DNA of 64,000 nucleotides from Raillietiella orientalis (lineage: Eukaryota), in contig JAYWIR010000021.1 of the NCBI GenBank assembly GCA_036172245.1, positions 806,001 to 870,000 on the forward strand. The letters run 5' to 3'. The notes below the pieces were generated by a model that made no database searches, was not told the DNA's origin, and saw nothing but the letters and a program-made list of their open reading frames with translations. Each line of letters starts with the position of its first letter. The first letter of the stretch is position 1. Shown here piece after piece: positions 26,201 through 39,300 of the stretch. The position numbers and the translations under genes are program-made.

Positions 26201-26500
26201 CAGCAGAAGAGAATCAACTGCATGTTCTCACGATCTTAAGCTGTGTGATTATGATTTTAAAACTGATCTCAGCTAATCATATTATTGGAGTAAAAATGCA
26301 TGAAAAGAAAACAGACTTGAAAATTACAGAGAGTGATTATTAAATTATTTGAGACAGCAGCACAATCTCTTGGCTTATGCTGTTGGCATAAGACTTTTTC
26401 GAAATTTCTACTTCTCATTGTTCGTTCGTTGCTACACTCTGTTTCCTTTTGGATTCCAAGGTCTTATTTCAAAAACGGAAAAATACATTTTTGTTGTGGA
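23300..26500 (-). mobile_element. Degenerate L1/Tx1-type LINE ORF2 (best preserved copy)
   Basis: GCALFLDRKRA (~25060), GMEVNRAK (~24830), FRYLGVPM...LGPFQGG...HKFLWG...LCAPRLHVGL (24403-24810), CARCGEKETFPHLLRQC (23651-23851). The 5' boundary is uncertain. Confidence 0.85.
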
Positions 26501-27223
26501 GTATCTTGACTGTAAAAACTAGATATATCTTATTTCGATACAATAATAACATTTCGATATCAAATCATTTCAAGACACAGTTCGATACACTTCTTTGTTC
26601 TTGAAGCTGTAATATCCAAGAAAACAGCAAGAGATGAGTCGAGGACAGAACTTGAAAACACCATCCTTGATACTCTTCATTTGTGTAAAGAGTCAGAGTT
26701 TCTGCTGAAACACTAATCTCGTGAGACGTACGATTTGTATATTGTATGGCTTTTTTTTTTTTTTTGAATGATGAAGGATCATGGAATTTCATAGTTACTT
26801 TAAAAGCAAAGTAGAGGAATGCAGTTCCCGAGCTTACATGAAGCAGAAATTCTTTGATTACTGAATTTTTAATCACAACGATTATGACTGGTTATGAGAA
26901 TATGCTGTTTGGGAATTTAAATTCAGTATTTCAGATATTTGAAGAAACCTGTATAGAGCTATTCACAAATAAAATAACATTTCGTCATTTTGTTAAAAAA
27001 AATTAGCTTCCTTTTTATCGAGGAATCGGTGAACCAGAGTGTACGTCCACTTTTTTTTAAAACGGAACCTTCCTTGAATGTGAGCATTTGCTCTAATTTT
27101 TAGAGAGGAAAATTTTTGGAAATGGAAGTTTGATACTCTTCTTCTACAGCTATTGTCGTGTTGGAAAATCGGAAGCATGTTACATCGGTTCGTAACGGTA
27201 CCGTGCCATATATTGGCAGAATC

Positions 27224-29106
27224 ATGTATATACCAACGATTATTTTAATAGGTCTTGCCAGGTTGATTGTGGTTGCTTGCAACAATTATCTTGAGAAATA
27301 TGAATACAAGTTTTGTTTCAAAGGACCATATCTTGCACAACGAGATGGGAGTGTACCATTTTGGACCTATGGTGGAAGTAAGATAGTTAACTGAAACTTG
27401 AAAAAATATGCATTTCATACGACTTGTTGGCTTATTTATAAATATATATTTTTTATTTCTTTTGCATGTGTTCGCCACGATCTTACAGGGGCATTCTTTG
27501 TGTAGCGTATCAATCCCTACATTTTAAATTTCAACTGCCCCGTAATATCTTGCATTACGTAATAGTATGCTATCGGTGTGCTGTAAGGGGATCGAAGATT
27601 TTAGGAAAGAAATGTGTTTCCTTTTAGCGAAGCGATTGTTCAAGTTTTTTTTTTTTGTCAGAATTGTGTTTGATATGAATTACTATAAGCATTGTGTGTC
27701 GTAATGAATATTTTTTTTTACTTATATTTCAGATTGTATTGCCAGTTTTGATAATGTGAGAGTTGTACCTTCCTTAAGGAGCCAGAAAGGTGAATTTTAC
27801 CCCTTCTAAATCATGTTTGATTCATAAAAGTGTTTTAGGAGGGATCTGGACAAAAAATAAGACAAATTTTACATGGTGGGAGGTTGAAATGGCCTTCAGA
27901 GTTACAGGGAGAGGAAAACTAGGAGCTGATGGCCTGGTATGAGACAGTTGTCATTCCATATTTGCACTGTTAATCAATTCATTACTTCGTATGTATGGAC
28001 AGATATCTAGTTTTAAAATGGAGAATAATTCTAAAGGGATATTATAATACAGAGAAACTGGAATACTGGGCAGCGTAGTTGAGGTGAATATATACTTTTA
28101 GGCATTCTGGTACACAGAAGAAATCGGAAAAGAAGGCCCAGTGTTTGGTAGTTCTGATGAGTGGAAAGGTCTGGGTGTATTTTTTGATTCCTATGACAAT
28201 GACAACAAACAAAACAATCCATATATATTAGCAGTTGTCAATGATGGACATATCCAGTTTGATCATGAACAGTAAGCAGTTACACATTATATTCTTGTTA
28301 AATAATAAATAAGGAAAAAAATTAATTAATAAGTAAAGAACATTGATTCCATATTCTTGTTTAGTGATGGTGCAACTCAACAGTTGGCTGGATGTGCAAG
28401 AGATTTTCGGAATAAGCCACATCCAGTGAGAGTCAAGATTCAATATTATGAAAACACATTAACTGTAAGTGACAGTGGATATACTGAGCAATGCTTCATT
28501 ACTTGCTTAGTTATGGTATTTTTCTGGATTTACAGAATTTCAAGCTGAAAATGCCCAACATAATTATGAACTCTGCTTCACACAATCTAATGTAGAGTTG
28601 CCACAGTATGGCCACTTTGGTATATCTGCTGCAACTGGCGGACTTGCAGATGACCATGATGTTCTTCACTTTACATGTCACAGCCTTAAAACTCTGACAC
28701 CTGCTTTACAGCATGATATGAAAGTTAAGGAAAAAGAACATCTACGTCTCATCAAAGAGTATGAGGATATGCAAAAAAAATTACAAATACAGAAAGAAGA
28801 GTATCAAAAGCAACATCCAGAGTCACATAAAAAAGTTGAACAGCAGGAGGAATTTGAAACAAACCAGCAAAGAGAATTGATCCAAATATTTCAAGGACAA
28901 GGACAGATATTTAATTTGGTTCATGATCTGCATAGAAAACTTGACATAGTACATGGTGTACAAGAACGTACTATGCAATTCTTATCTTCTGGTCAGTCAG
29001 GATTCAGTGGAGCTGTTACAGGAGGGTTAGAAGGTGGAAAGAAATTAGAGATCGATGAGATTTTATCAAATGAAAAAGAAATTCTTGAAAACAGTAGAGA
29101 AATCAG
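27224..29106 (+). CDS. LMAN1: LMAN1/ERGIC-53 lectin, coding exons 1-6 (signal peptide, L-type lectin domain, coiled coil)
   Basis: Exons 27224-27377, 27733-27789, 27839-27936, 28102-28271, 28365-28464, 28511-29106. Motifs EYKFCFKGPYLAQRDGSVPFW, GRGKLGADGLAFWY, FFDSYDND, GCARDFRNKPHP, FGISAATGGLADDHDV. Confidence 0.96.
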
Positions 29107-29999
29107 GTAGGAACATTCGTTTTACACAACTTTCCATTATTTGTTTTAGAGTTTCATTGTATTACCCATCATGTAATTAAATTGCCTATGTTTAAACTTT
29201 TTAAAATAATAACAGTTGATATAATTTGTATCTGTGAATGCAGGTGTAGGTCTTTGAAGGTGCCATATCAGATATTCTGAGGAAATCAAAGTGATAAGGC
29301 ATGCAACTTTGGATGTTTGTGTACATTTATCGATTAAAATGTTACATATTTCCAATTTAGGATTGGTGATGATTTCTTAGTTTTAATCACAAATGTAATC
29401 AGTGTAATTAGTGTAATGTAATCACTCTGTATTGGTTTGTCTTGAGGAAAAACTTAATATATATGGTAATGCTTTTATTTTATTTTTAATTTTAGCCTTT
29501 AAATTTCTCCATTTTGTATTTTAAAAGTGTTTCAACTCCGAATGAATCTAAATGATATGGATTGATTATCACTTATTCATATGGATTTCATAAGTTTTTA
29601 TGTCATGTCTGTTCCATGTAGCATTTCTTTGATCAGTGTGTTAAATCATCTGATTAGAGCATATCCTTTCATCTGAAGCTGCTGATATCCTATTTATTTG
29701 TTTGTAGGCAGATAACCAAGGGAATGTAAGCAAAAACTGTTTGTTTATGACTTCAATTTCCGTTGTTGTAAATGTGCATCTTATGTCTTTATTAAACATC
29801 AGCCATTATTCCACCTAGCTTAGTTTTTATTGGTACTACAAAAAAATTTTCCCCATTTTTTGGCTTCATTAGCTTTCAGTGTTTTTCATGCTTTGCTTTT
29901 GTTTAAACATGTCTTAGAATTTATTTGCATGTTTTGACTGTAGAAAATTTGTAGCTGCACGTTCTCTTGATGAATGCAGTTTATGCATCTGTGACATTT

Positions 30000-32700
30000 T
30001 GACTGTTCCAGGTGACACTATAGTATTGCAGCGTTTTGCATTTTTTTAAATTTTCTATAAACTGACAAAGCAAACAAACTACAAACTTCAGATGTTGATT
30101 TTAAATTCAAAGTGAAGGTGTAAGAAATGTAGTTTAAGTAAATGGATTGTTACATTTTCACTAGATTGATTTATGATGAGCACATGTCCGAGAATTTCAT
30201 TAGTGGTGTTTTCCTTAATTTCCGAATGTTCCTTTCTTGAGATCTTTAGGTACTTTCATGCTACCCAATAAAATTGTGTAGTTCTTTTGCCTATAGGATA
30301 ATCCTCATCTTTTATGCCTTTGTGTTGCTCAAGTCATTTCCACTCTTTGGCTTATTTTTTTTGATAACTCTTAGTCTGTTACTTAACTTTTGTAAATTTT
30401 GTACATGCACACTGTTGAACAAATAGCTTTGTGAAGGTGTTTTTGTGAAGGTTTCTTTCTTTTCTCAGTTTGATAGAGTGCAAGAGTATTGTGCACACAT
30501 AATCTTTTGTGCATAATACTTGTTATTTTTGTATATTTTCTTGAAACTGCGCAATCTGTATGTATTGGTTTAGATTGTGGATGTTGTTTTCCCGCAGATC
30601 TTGTTTTATACAGGTGGTCAGCCATGATTTCCTCCATAAGTCATGAGAATTTCGTTTAGAATTAAGCAATGCATTTGCATCACTCGTAGTTTTAAAATAC
30701 TTCATAGGCTTTCTGTTGGGCAATATACTGACATTTTCCATGTGGCAAATGAAAGAGGTAAGAGGATTACGGCCTTCATACCTTTCAGCAAGTGTCAGAG
30801 ACTACTATTTAGCTTGTTCTCTCAGGAGTGAAACTTTAGGAACTATGACGTAGTTTACTTTTTTTTCTTTCTTATGGAATCCTTTGTACTGTTGTATGTT
30901 TGCAGCTACTTTTTTCCATCTTCTTTTGAGTGCCTAGATCAAGAAGTTTTCCTTAACTGTTGAAGGAATTTACATTATTGTTGGTGGATGCATTTATTCA
31001 TGGATACAAGGTCCCTTGTATTGGTTGGTGCATTTAGAGTATATGCTTGTCTTTGTATGAATGTGGTGGCAATCAAAAGTAAATTAGCATACAGTGATCG
31101 CAGCATGAAAAGCACCTTTTTATTGGTTTTTATCATTGTCTGGTTGGTGATAGCACCTTGGCAGGATGGAGTCAAGTTGTTTTATTCGTGTTCTATTTTA
31201 ATTCTTTTAGGAAATTGGTGATTGTGCTTTGATTGATTTCTCAAAATGTTTCGTTTTTTCAAGTTTATTGAAGATGCATCATTCGGTTTGTATTCATTCA
31301 AATTCTTAATGAAAGGTGTTTGAGACGATTTTATTATTAAACAGTTACTGTGGAAACTTCCCTGTTCGTATGTTTTGTTCCTTGTGCATGCAAGACGCAC
31401 TTTCAGGTGATGCAGTTTTCAAATAATTTGCATCTTTCCATCGACCCGAAAAGATTCGCCCGGGGCAGAATGATCGCTGCTGATTATTATTTATGATTTC
31501 TATCGTTTCTTGATCATCATCTTCACTTGTTTACCCCAAAATTGAATAGGTCAAGAATCGAAAAACAAGTTGACAAAGCACAAACCGCCAAGCTGATATA
31601 GATAAGAGCGAAGTATTTGTGTAGTGAAATGCCTCATATTTGTGCTTTCATTTCTAAGTAGAACTTTCGTGCTGTTGAATTTTGACTTTTTGTGGATTTC
31701 GTAGTATTTTACTAGGTACTTACAGACACGTCAACAGCCCACAACTCTAAATATGTACGTATATTTTAAAAAACTAACTTTATATAAAACAGCAATTACA
31801 GGAGACTGTATTCAGAGTTGTGAGCTGTTGGAGTAATCTGTAAATACCTAGTGTGTGTGTGTGTGTGTGTGTGTGTGAATCTCGCAAATTTTTTGTTGAA
31901 AAGATGTGGAATTTTTGGACTGCGTTTTCCTTAATAGTGAAAGTCCTTGGTTACAGAAAGTAATGCATAAATATGATTGCATGGGTAATTTATGTTCTCA
32001 CAAACAGCGAATGTGTATGTTAGCTGTTGTAAAGAAAATTGTAGCATTTCTATAAATTTGTTTGCTTGCGCACTCTTTGAGAGTTGTGGCTTGGAACTTA
32101 CAGAGAAAGCATTTTTTTTCTACCGACACACTGATCTGGCTGGTAGCTTTGTGCTGGATTTTTGGTACCGACGGGTAGCCCGTTAAAAATTGTATCCCGT
32201 GACCGCATGGGGGATTTATGTCGTTTATGAAGTACAGCCAATCTCTTTGAAATCGTGGGATTTCAGGAACATTGCAGATTAATCTCCCAGCATTACCAGT
32301 AAACTTTACAGTCAGTAGTTGAGAAAAATGATTTGTTTCTACTTGTTTTCCATTCCATGTAGTCAAGTTTCGTGTAGTCAAGTTTCGATAAGCATGTTCG
32401 TCCCCTTGAGGATCCAGACTATCCTGGAGAATGTAGTTTCTTTCCAACGATTGTCCCCCGTCATTTTAACGTCAGTTGTATGTCCTCTCTTAAGGCTAGT
32501 CAATGAGTGTTGCAGGCTTTTCGCAGAATCAGTCGCTGCCAGGTCAGTGGCAGTTTTGTGTGTGTGTGTGTGTGTGTGTGGTGTTTTCAATGGATATTGG
32601 ATAAGATGAATTGCGATTTGTTTTGTGAGCGGTGTATCTGGCGTCGTTCAGGGGCTTCTTGAAACAACAGCTTTCTGCACGGCAAGTTTCAAGTTCTGCA
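30000..32700 (-). mobile_element. Degenerate Ty3/gypsy pol (RT-RNase H) in LMAN1 intron 6
   Basis: ORF 31998-32447: LICNVPEIPRFQR (PFGL.NAP..FQR-like) and ISVSVEKKCFL (L.LN.EKC.F-like). Weaker RNase H echo at 30975-31175. Confidence 0.5.
31711..31852. mobile_element. Small palindromic MITE-like element, 142 bp
   Basis: About 43-bp imperfect TIRs: ACTAGGTACTTACAGA..CAACAGCCCACAACTCTAAATA versus TATTCAGAGTTGTGAGCTGTTG..TCTGTAAATACCTAGT, with an AT-rich core. Abuts a (GT)n tract. Confidence 0.75.
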
Positions 32701-33798
32701 ATTCGGTTAATTCGTTTGAATCCGGAATTCAGAAGGATTCAGTCTCTCCTTATTAAAGCAAATCGTGTGTTCGGTTCTTTGCATTGCCACCTTTTGTGTC
32801 CCGTGTTTTTTTTGTTTTTTTGTTTCTTTTCCCCCATGCGTCAACCACTTTGCAACTTGTCTCACGTCAAGACATCTGTAGTACTTCTTCCAATTCGAGT
32901 TTTCATCTCCTTCAGATGAAGGAGACCTCACACTTTGCTTCCAGCTTTTGTTTTTTGTTTCCTTCATAAATTATTTCTATTTTGCTTCATCGACACGCGA
33001 AAGCGAGCGACTCGAGTCATTGAAAGGTCTTCTTTGAAAGCGGACTCGATGTGTACATCGTGGTGTGTACGTTCTCCGTGTGTTCCCTTTCGAATCCTCT
33101 CGGGTGGGTCCTCGGGAAGAAATCCCATTTCTGTGTCCTGTGCCGGCAGATGCCCACCGGCGGTCGCAGAAGTGGCCAAATGTCAGAAGTCGCATCCGTT
33201 TGCCAGTTGGGTGCTTTGACACGTTTGCATTTTCTGTCCATTTCGTTCATTCATATGTCTTTTCCTTTTTTTTTTTTTTTCCTGTCTTTCATGTAAAATG
33301 CGAAAGGGCCAATGAGTTTACAAATGCAAGCGCGGTTCGTTTGGAAAAGTTTGTAAAAATGGGATACCTTTGACATTTTAAACTGAATGCATTCCATTTG
33401 GGGGAAAATATTTCGTTTTTTTTTTTCCTAAAGTCCTTAGGAAACGCTCGTTTCATTTATCCCGTTTGTTTCAGTTTTTTTTCCATCTGAGAACCACATT
33501 TCCCTGGATAAGGCACGCCATCCGTGTGCGTCCTGTCGTATGTATGTGTTTTCCCATACGATCGCCTCGTTACTATCTGTGGCACCGTTCCGATTTCCAA
33601 GAGCAAAGAAAGCTCGGAAAAGCCTTTGGCACCACCCTTTTCGAACAGCCCCACCTCCCGAAGGTGCGTGTAAAGTTTAAGGAATTCGTCAGAACTTGTG
33701 AGGTTGTTTTCGAGTTCCCATCGCAAGCAGATTATGGCATTGGATGCAATCATTTGACACTTCCTTTCTCTTTGACCTGGTGTTTAAAAAAAAAAATG

Positions 33799-33839
<41 letters not shown>
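33799..33839. repeat. Compound (TA)n(GA)n microsatellite
   Basis: Seen directly. Confidence 0.95.
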
Positions 33840-33899
33840 GAAGGCCTCCATCCATGTGTACATCCAGTGTTTGCTTGATTTATGTCCTTGTTTCGCCTT

Positions 33900-34420
33900 A
33901 TTTCTTGACACTGCGAGGGCCGAAAGTGTGAGTTGTGCGCATTCCGGGTTTCACTTGCCTGCTTAGGGCTGGAATTTGGACATCCGAAGATGCTGAAGCA
34001 AACGATCGAAGAACGATCGTGCGAGCAAAAAAAAAAAAAACAAAAAAAGCACTGTACACTTCAGGGGCCGAAAGGTGTGCTTCTCAGGGCACTGCCGTTC
34101 GAGTGGGGGTGCTCTTGGTTACCGAGCCGGTGGACGTGGTGGACGGAGGTCTCCTCCAGCAGTGACTGAACAAAAGGCATCGAATGGGAGACTTTCGATT
34201 CTCGTAGCTCATGAGTGTTGCTGCTGCAGCCCACGGCCCTTTCACATTGGTTATCGCGGTCTTCGGATAGGTTTTCCTTCTTTTCTGCCCGTGCCTCTGC
34301 TTTAAGAACGTAGGATAACGTTTTGCGAAACAGTTGAGGAAGGAATACGTGCCAACTCCCAGCACCGCGGTTGCATCTGCTCTTCGTTGGTGTGTGCATC
34401 TATGATTTGCTTTCCCCGTC
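33900..34420 (-). mobile_element. LTR-retrotransposon integrase relic
   Basis: VQSLLEETSVHHV...EHPHSNGSA resembles G.KH...YHPQSNG.AER. Confidence 0.45.
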
Positions 34421-34773
34421 GTAAGGCAATACGAAAGGTCGTGTGTTCCGATTTAACCCTTTCTCGTTCTCAGCTCGCCGTCTGTAACGAACACTTTGCG
34501 CGTACGTTGTCCTTAAAAGATCGGCCATGGAAAGTAAATAAATATTTCGTGCTCGAGTTGCGATTTGGGTGCATTTACAATCCATTACGTTGAACTGGGG
34601 TTCAAAAAAAAAAAAAAAAAACACTTTGGTGGTGGTGTTTCCGTAATGCATCTCCCCCCCCCCCCGCGCATCCTGGGAAAATATTTGTGCCACGTCCTAC
34701 TTCACCTCAAGCACATATTCGCCACGATGGTTTGCTCATTTTGTGTTCTTTTTTTTCTTTTCCTCCTCCTTAG

Positions 34774-35156
34774 AGCGGCAGTTCGAGAAATCCAAGACAG
34801 ATCGAATGCAATTTTACAAAACCAAGTCAAATCTCCTGGAACGGCGTACGACACCGGAGTGATCAATGAACTCAAGGAGTATCTTAATCATCTGCGGAGT
34901 GAACTGAGTCATATTCAGAAGAGTGTGGATCTCAAATGTGGAGTTACCGATTCCGCAGGCATTAAAATGGCGACCTTAGCAGCATTTCTCCTTTGCCATG
35001 GCGTCTGCATCATCGGCTATATGTGGTACAGGTAATTTGAACGACTCCCCCTTACGTCATCTGAAAATCAATTCCCCTTTTTCTTTCCTTTTTTTTTCTT
35101 TTTTTTTTTCTTTTTCCAGGGACAGAAAAGAGATGCAAACAAAGAAATTTTATTGA
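34774..35156 (+). CDS. LMAN1: LMAN1/ERGIC-53 coding exons 7-8 (stalk, TM, KKFY tail); whole protein 489 aa
   Basis: Exons 34774-35031 and 35120-35156 are in phase with the donor at 29107. TM ATLAAFLLCHGVCIIGYMWY and C-terminal di-lysine KKFY*. Total CDS 1470 nt. Confidence 0.92.
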
Positions 35157-35999
35157 TTATATCATACTTGCTTTTCATTGATTTTTTGAGGTGTCCTTAC
35201 CAGGAAGCTCGTTCATAAAATAAGCACGATTCGTTGCTCCCCGGAAATTATTTTTTCTATGATGTATTTCCAAAATATCGGTACCGTTGGAAAATATAAG
35301 GTTCGATCCTCTCAGTTGAGAATCAAGCGTAGGAATCAATTTTTCGAACGTGCGAGATGACAGCCTCGGTTCCAGGGAAACGCTCCCCCTCCCCTCCCCC
35401 CCCCCGTCGTTATAGCAACGGGGAGCACGGCCTTTCCGGATGCGTATTTTCGGGCATCCGCGAACTCATCCGGCTGGCGCCTTCGCAAGCAAAGGCTTCC
35501 GGGTCGGGGAGATTTGCTGCTGCCTCTCCCTGGACCGCTCCGCGATCTCGGAAGAGTAGCGGACTTCTCCCGCGAGGGACGGAGGACGTCCAAACGTCTT
35601 CCCGGACAGTCTCGTGCTCGCTGCCGCTGTAGCATCGTCCAAATGTTTTCTATCCATCCATCTTCGAACGCCCTGCTTTGGATTCGTTAGAATGCCCGGA
35701 ACACTCGGAATGGTTTATTTGTTTCTATTTTTTTTTTTTCTATCTCGAAAAGTCATTGGTGTATTGCTATTATGGTTTAGCAAAGCTCCGCGTGTGTACA
35801 GTCACATACCACATGCCTCGCTGAATAACAACCCAGCAAAATTGTATGAAACACAGTAATAAATATTTCAATTCCTTTTCTTTCCAGTTGTTTTGCAATC
35901 ACTATGTGAGCAAATAATAAATTGAGTAATTTCGCGCTGATTTTTTTTTTTTAAAAAAAAAAAAAAAGAAAAGCCAACGGGGGAGGGGGGGGGGAGAAA

Positions 36000-38900
36000 T
36001 CGGAGTTGGATCGTAAGGATTAGGTGGAACGAAGTTTTCTTGAAGTTTTGAACGTTGAATTTTCAGCCCGGCGATCCTTTGCGGTTTGTGCTTTGCCACC
36101 CTACCGAAGAAGAAACGTCACGCCGACGTGTGTGCTGCTGCTGCCCACCGTTTGGTTTAGCTCTTCCCCTCCGGGCTATCGAGAGCGCTGCCTTCAGGTC
36201 ACACTTTGGTGCTTTTTCCGCACTCTTGGTGTATACCCTTGGTGTATCCTTCAGCATCCTTGCTATGCCCACGCACGAACAGGGGGTACTCGCCACCGAA
36301 ACTTGGTACCGTAGTGTACCAAGTTTCGGTGCGTTAACCTGGGAACGAAACCGATTTGCACGGCGACGGGTTTCCAGCACGCTGGGCGCAGTTTGCTAGG
36401 GGAACGGTTGCTTGGCGACTGCCCCCTTTCGAAAGTTTGGCGGCCCCATGCGAATGCGCGGTGGCGAAGGAAAGAGAAGAAAGCGTCGAACGGAGTGTTT
36501 GACGCTTCGAACGCGCAGGCATTTCGTGGAAAAAGACGTGCAAAAACGCGCGTCCAGCCGCTTCGCAGCCTTTGGACATTCGAGCACGCGTCCGATTGAG
36601 GTCCTCTCTGTCCCCCTCCCCCCAACGGCATTCCTCTCCGCGTTTCGGTCGGCTTTGATGACGAGCTCGCATCGTGTGTGTGACCAGCGACCGTTCACAA
36701 TTGGCCCCTTCGGTCATCGGAATTGCCTGCGATGCGTCCGTGATCGGAATCGTGCAGTCTTTGCATTTCGTACATTGCCTAAACTCAGCGTGAGCAGCCA
36801 TCTCTTGGCTTCATCTCCGATCCACAAGACGTACGGTTCGCACGTATTTGAAGAAGAGGAAAGCAATGGGCCGAAAACTCCAAAAATGGGGCCCCCTTCC
36901 CCCCCTGTCCACTCCCAGTCATTTATTATTTCGTATTCTGTATCATGTTTGGGTGTTGGCTTCTCGTCATTTCCGACGGCGTCGTTTTTTTCCTTTTGGG
37001 GGGGGGGGGGTGTTGAGCGTGCGTGCGTGCGTGCGTGCCTTTCCTGCCTCAGTGTGCTCAAAGTCACGCCTGAAAACAGCGTCCGTGGGGCACCTCGGAT
37101 GAGTGGGAGCCTCGCGAACGACGACTCGGTGCGGCGGCGGTGGTGGTGGTGATGGTGGTCATAGCCGAATCGCTGCATGCACTCAGGCAGCTGTGAGCTG
37201 ATTCATATCTGCCAAGCGGATTCGATGTCAGCCTTGAATTGCGGAAAAAATCTTGGAGCTCCACTACGAAAAAAGGCGCCTCCCCCTCCAGAAAGTGGCA
37301 AATCCTCGTTGCTTCCATTCAGTTATGAGCAGACGTTTGGTGAACCGCTCCTCCCTGAAGGTCATGGTGGTGGCGGATTCATGCAAAGTTTCCCACTAAG
37401 CGCAACAGGAGAACACGCATTCCTCCGAATGACCGTCGAAAAGTTCGTGACGGTCATTCGGAGAGCTTTTATCATTATTACTGTTACGCAATTCAGTTTA
37501 CGATGATGAGAACCGCTAATAAAAACGAGCTTTTCAAGACGAGGAAGGTGTTGGGTGAAAATCGTGTACGGGACTCACGTGTTCGTCACCTCCGCGTGCG
37601 TTACGCGCTTTTCAAAGCCGAGGGGCCAAATTGACGAAAATTGGGGGGGGGGGGGGGGGGAGGCCGATTCGGTCTTTGCGCAGGGGCCACCATTTGTCTT
37701 TCAATGGAAACGTAAAGGCCAGCAATAAGCAAAAGGGGGCGAACGGGACAAAGCAGTAGGAATTCTGTTGATTTTGTGTGGTTACGATCTCTGCGGCTTT
37801 TGGGGGGCTTTCTTTCCGTCGTCAGCGAATCTCACGACGTGAGCGAATCGTTTCCAGCCGAGCGATCGTAAGTCGAGTTGATCTCCCCGGCGGATTTCGT
37901 GGTTACGTGGATCTCGAGCTCAGCATCCGTTTCTTGGGCCGCTCGGCGCGCACGTCGGGCTGGCCCGTGTCGCGTGAGGTCGGCAGTGTCGTCGGTGGGA
38001 GCACTTCGTCTCGAAAGAAAAGGCCCCCCAACATCTTTCGTGAGCGCAGAAGAACGAGTCGTTTAGTCGCAGCATTTCTCTTCTCTTCCTCCACCGAGCT
38101 GATTCGAAAGCGGAAAGTTTTCTTCTGCCTTAGGGTGTCCTTGTAGAACCGGACGCAGTCACCGATGTTGTTTCGAGGTCGCCGTGTGTCCTTTCAGGTC
38201 AGACGTTTCGCAACCTCTGGGTTACTTCTCTTCGAAGAAGTCAGAAGGAGTGTGTTTGTGTACAGATATATGTTATTCCTTCTTTGGGTAATTAACGGGC
38301 TGCTTTCCTTTTTAATGACACGTTATTTGCATTCGTGCCTCGGGCTATCACGCTGTTTTCCGTATTTCATTACCCTCGCTTTTCGTGTCGATTGCGTTGA
38401 CTTGGATTATATCCAACTGCTGCAAGCATTCGTCATATCAGACTTTCGCTTGCCCCGCTCTTACCAGAAAGTTTTCTGTATTTTTTCTCGAGAGTTCTGG
38501 CGTTAAAAGAGGTTCAGCGGAAAGCTTTTTTTTTTCCTTCTTTTCTTTTTTTTTTTTTCCTTATTCCCTATTTGCAATGTGAGACGATTTCGATAAAGTT
38601 TCTGGAAATTGAGGCGGCCGAATGTTCTCAGGCGATACCTTGTAACACACACCCACGCGCGCACACACACACACTGCTCATCCGGGTGTGCACCACATAG
38701 CAATCTTTTCGTCTGATGTAACGTGATAACAACGTGTTTTTTTTTCCCTTTCCGGTGTTGAGGCACAAAAACTGAGAAGTGATGAAGGAAAGCCCGATCT
38801 AGATTTTAGTGCTTGGCAAATGCTTCCGTACACGGAGCTGCCTTACTTTTATCGCTTCCTTCGTTATTCAGCAGCGAGAGAGCCTTTGATAAATAGGCCA

Positions 38901-39300
38901 AAGCGCTGAAAGGATGCTGAAAGATGAAAGCCTCATCTGCGCAAATACCACTCTTAAAATCGACTTTGATCGGCATTTCAAGTGAATCCCATCTCCCCGT
39001 TCGGAAACGGTCCTTTCGCCTTTCTGAGGTCGCTACACGTCTTTCGCATGTTTTCACGTTTCTTTCTCGTTCTTCTTCCCGATTCCGAGAACCGAACCGA
39101 GGAAAGCGTTGAGCTAACCCTTAGGGTTTTTGTTCCGTTTCCATCTTGCCTGGCCTTCCCCCCCTCCCCTATTTCACGCTGCACGTCGTGCACGTGTAGG
39201 TTCACCCCGTTTCAATCCGGGTTTCAAACCGTAAAAGTTCCGTCACAAAAAACACATCCCGTCTCGAATGCGGGTTTTTTCAAATTCCATGCAGTCTGAG
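36000..39300 (-). mobile_element. Degenerate Ty3/gypsy pol (RT-RNase H-integrase)
   Basis: RKDRFRTGRWDSLEMP...FSALAYLS (RT, 38806-39057), EEEKRNAATKRL (RH, ~38090), FGPLLSSSSN..YVLWIGDEAKRW...NAKTA (IN, 36750-36890), GPQSDA (~36600). Order is RT-RH-IN. Confidence 0.75.

Noticed and set aside
31998..32447. KCFLCK as a gag/ORF1 zinc knuckle
   Set aside because: It lacks the His/Cys spacing, and the surrounding motifs fit the gypsy RT EKC.F segment better.
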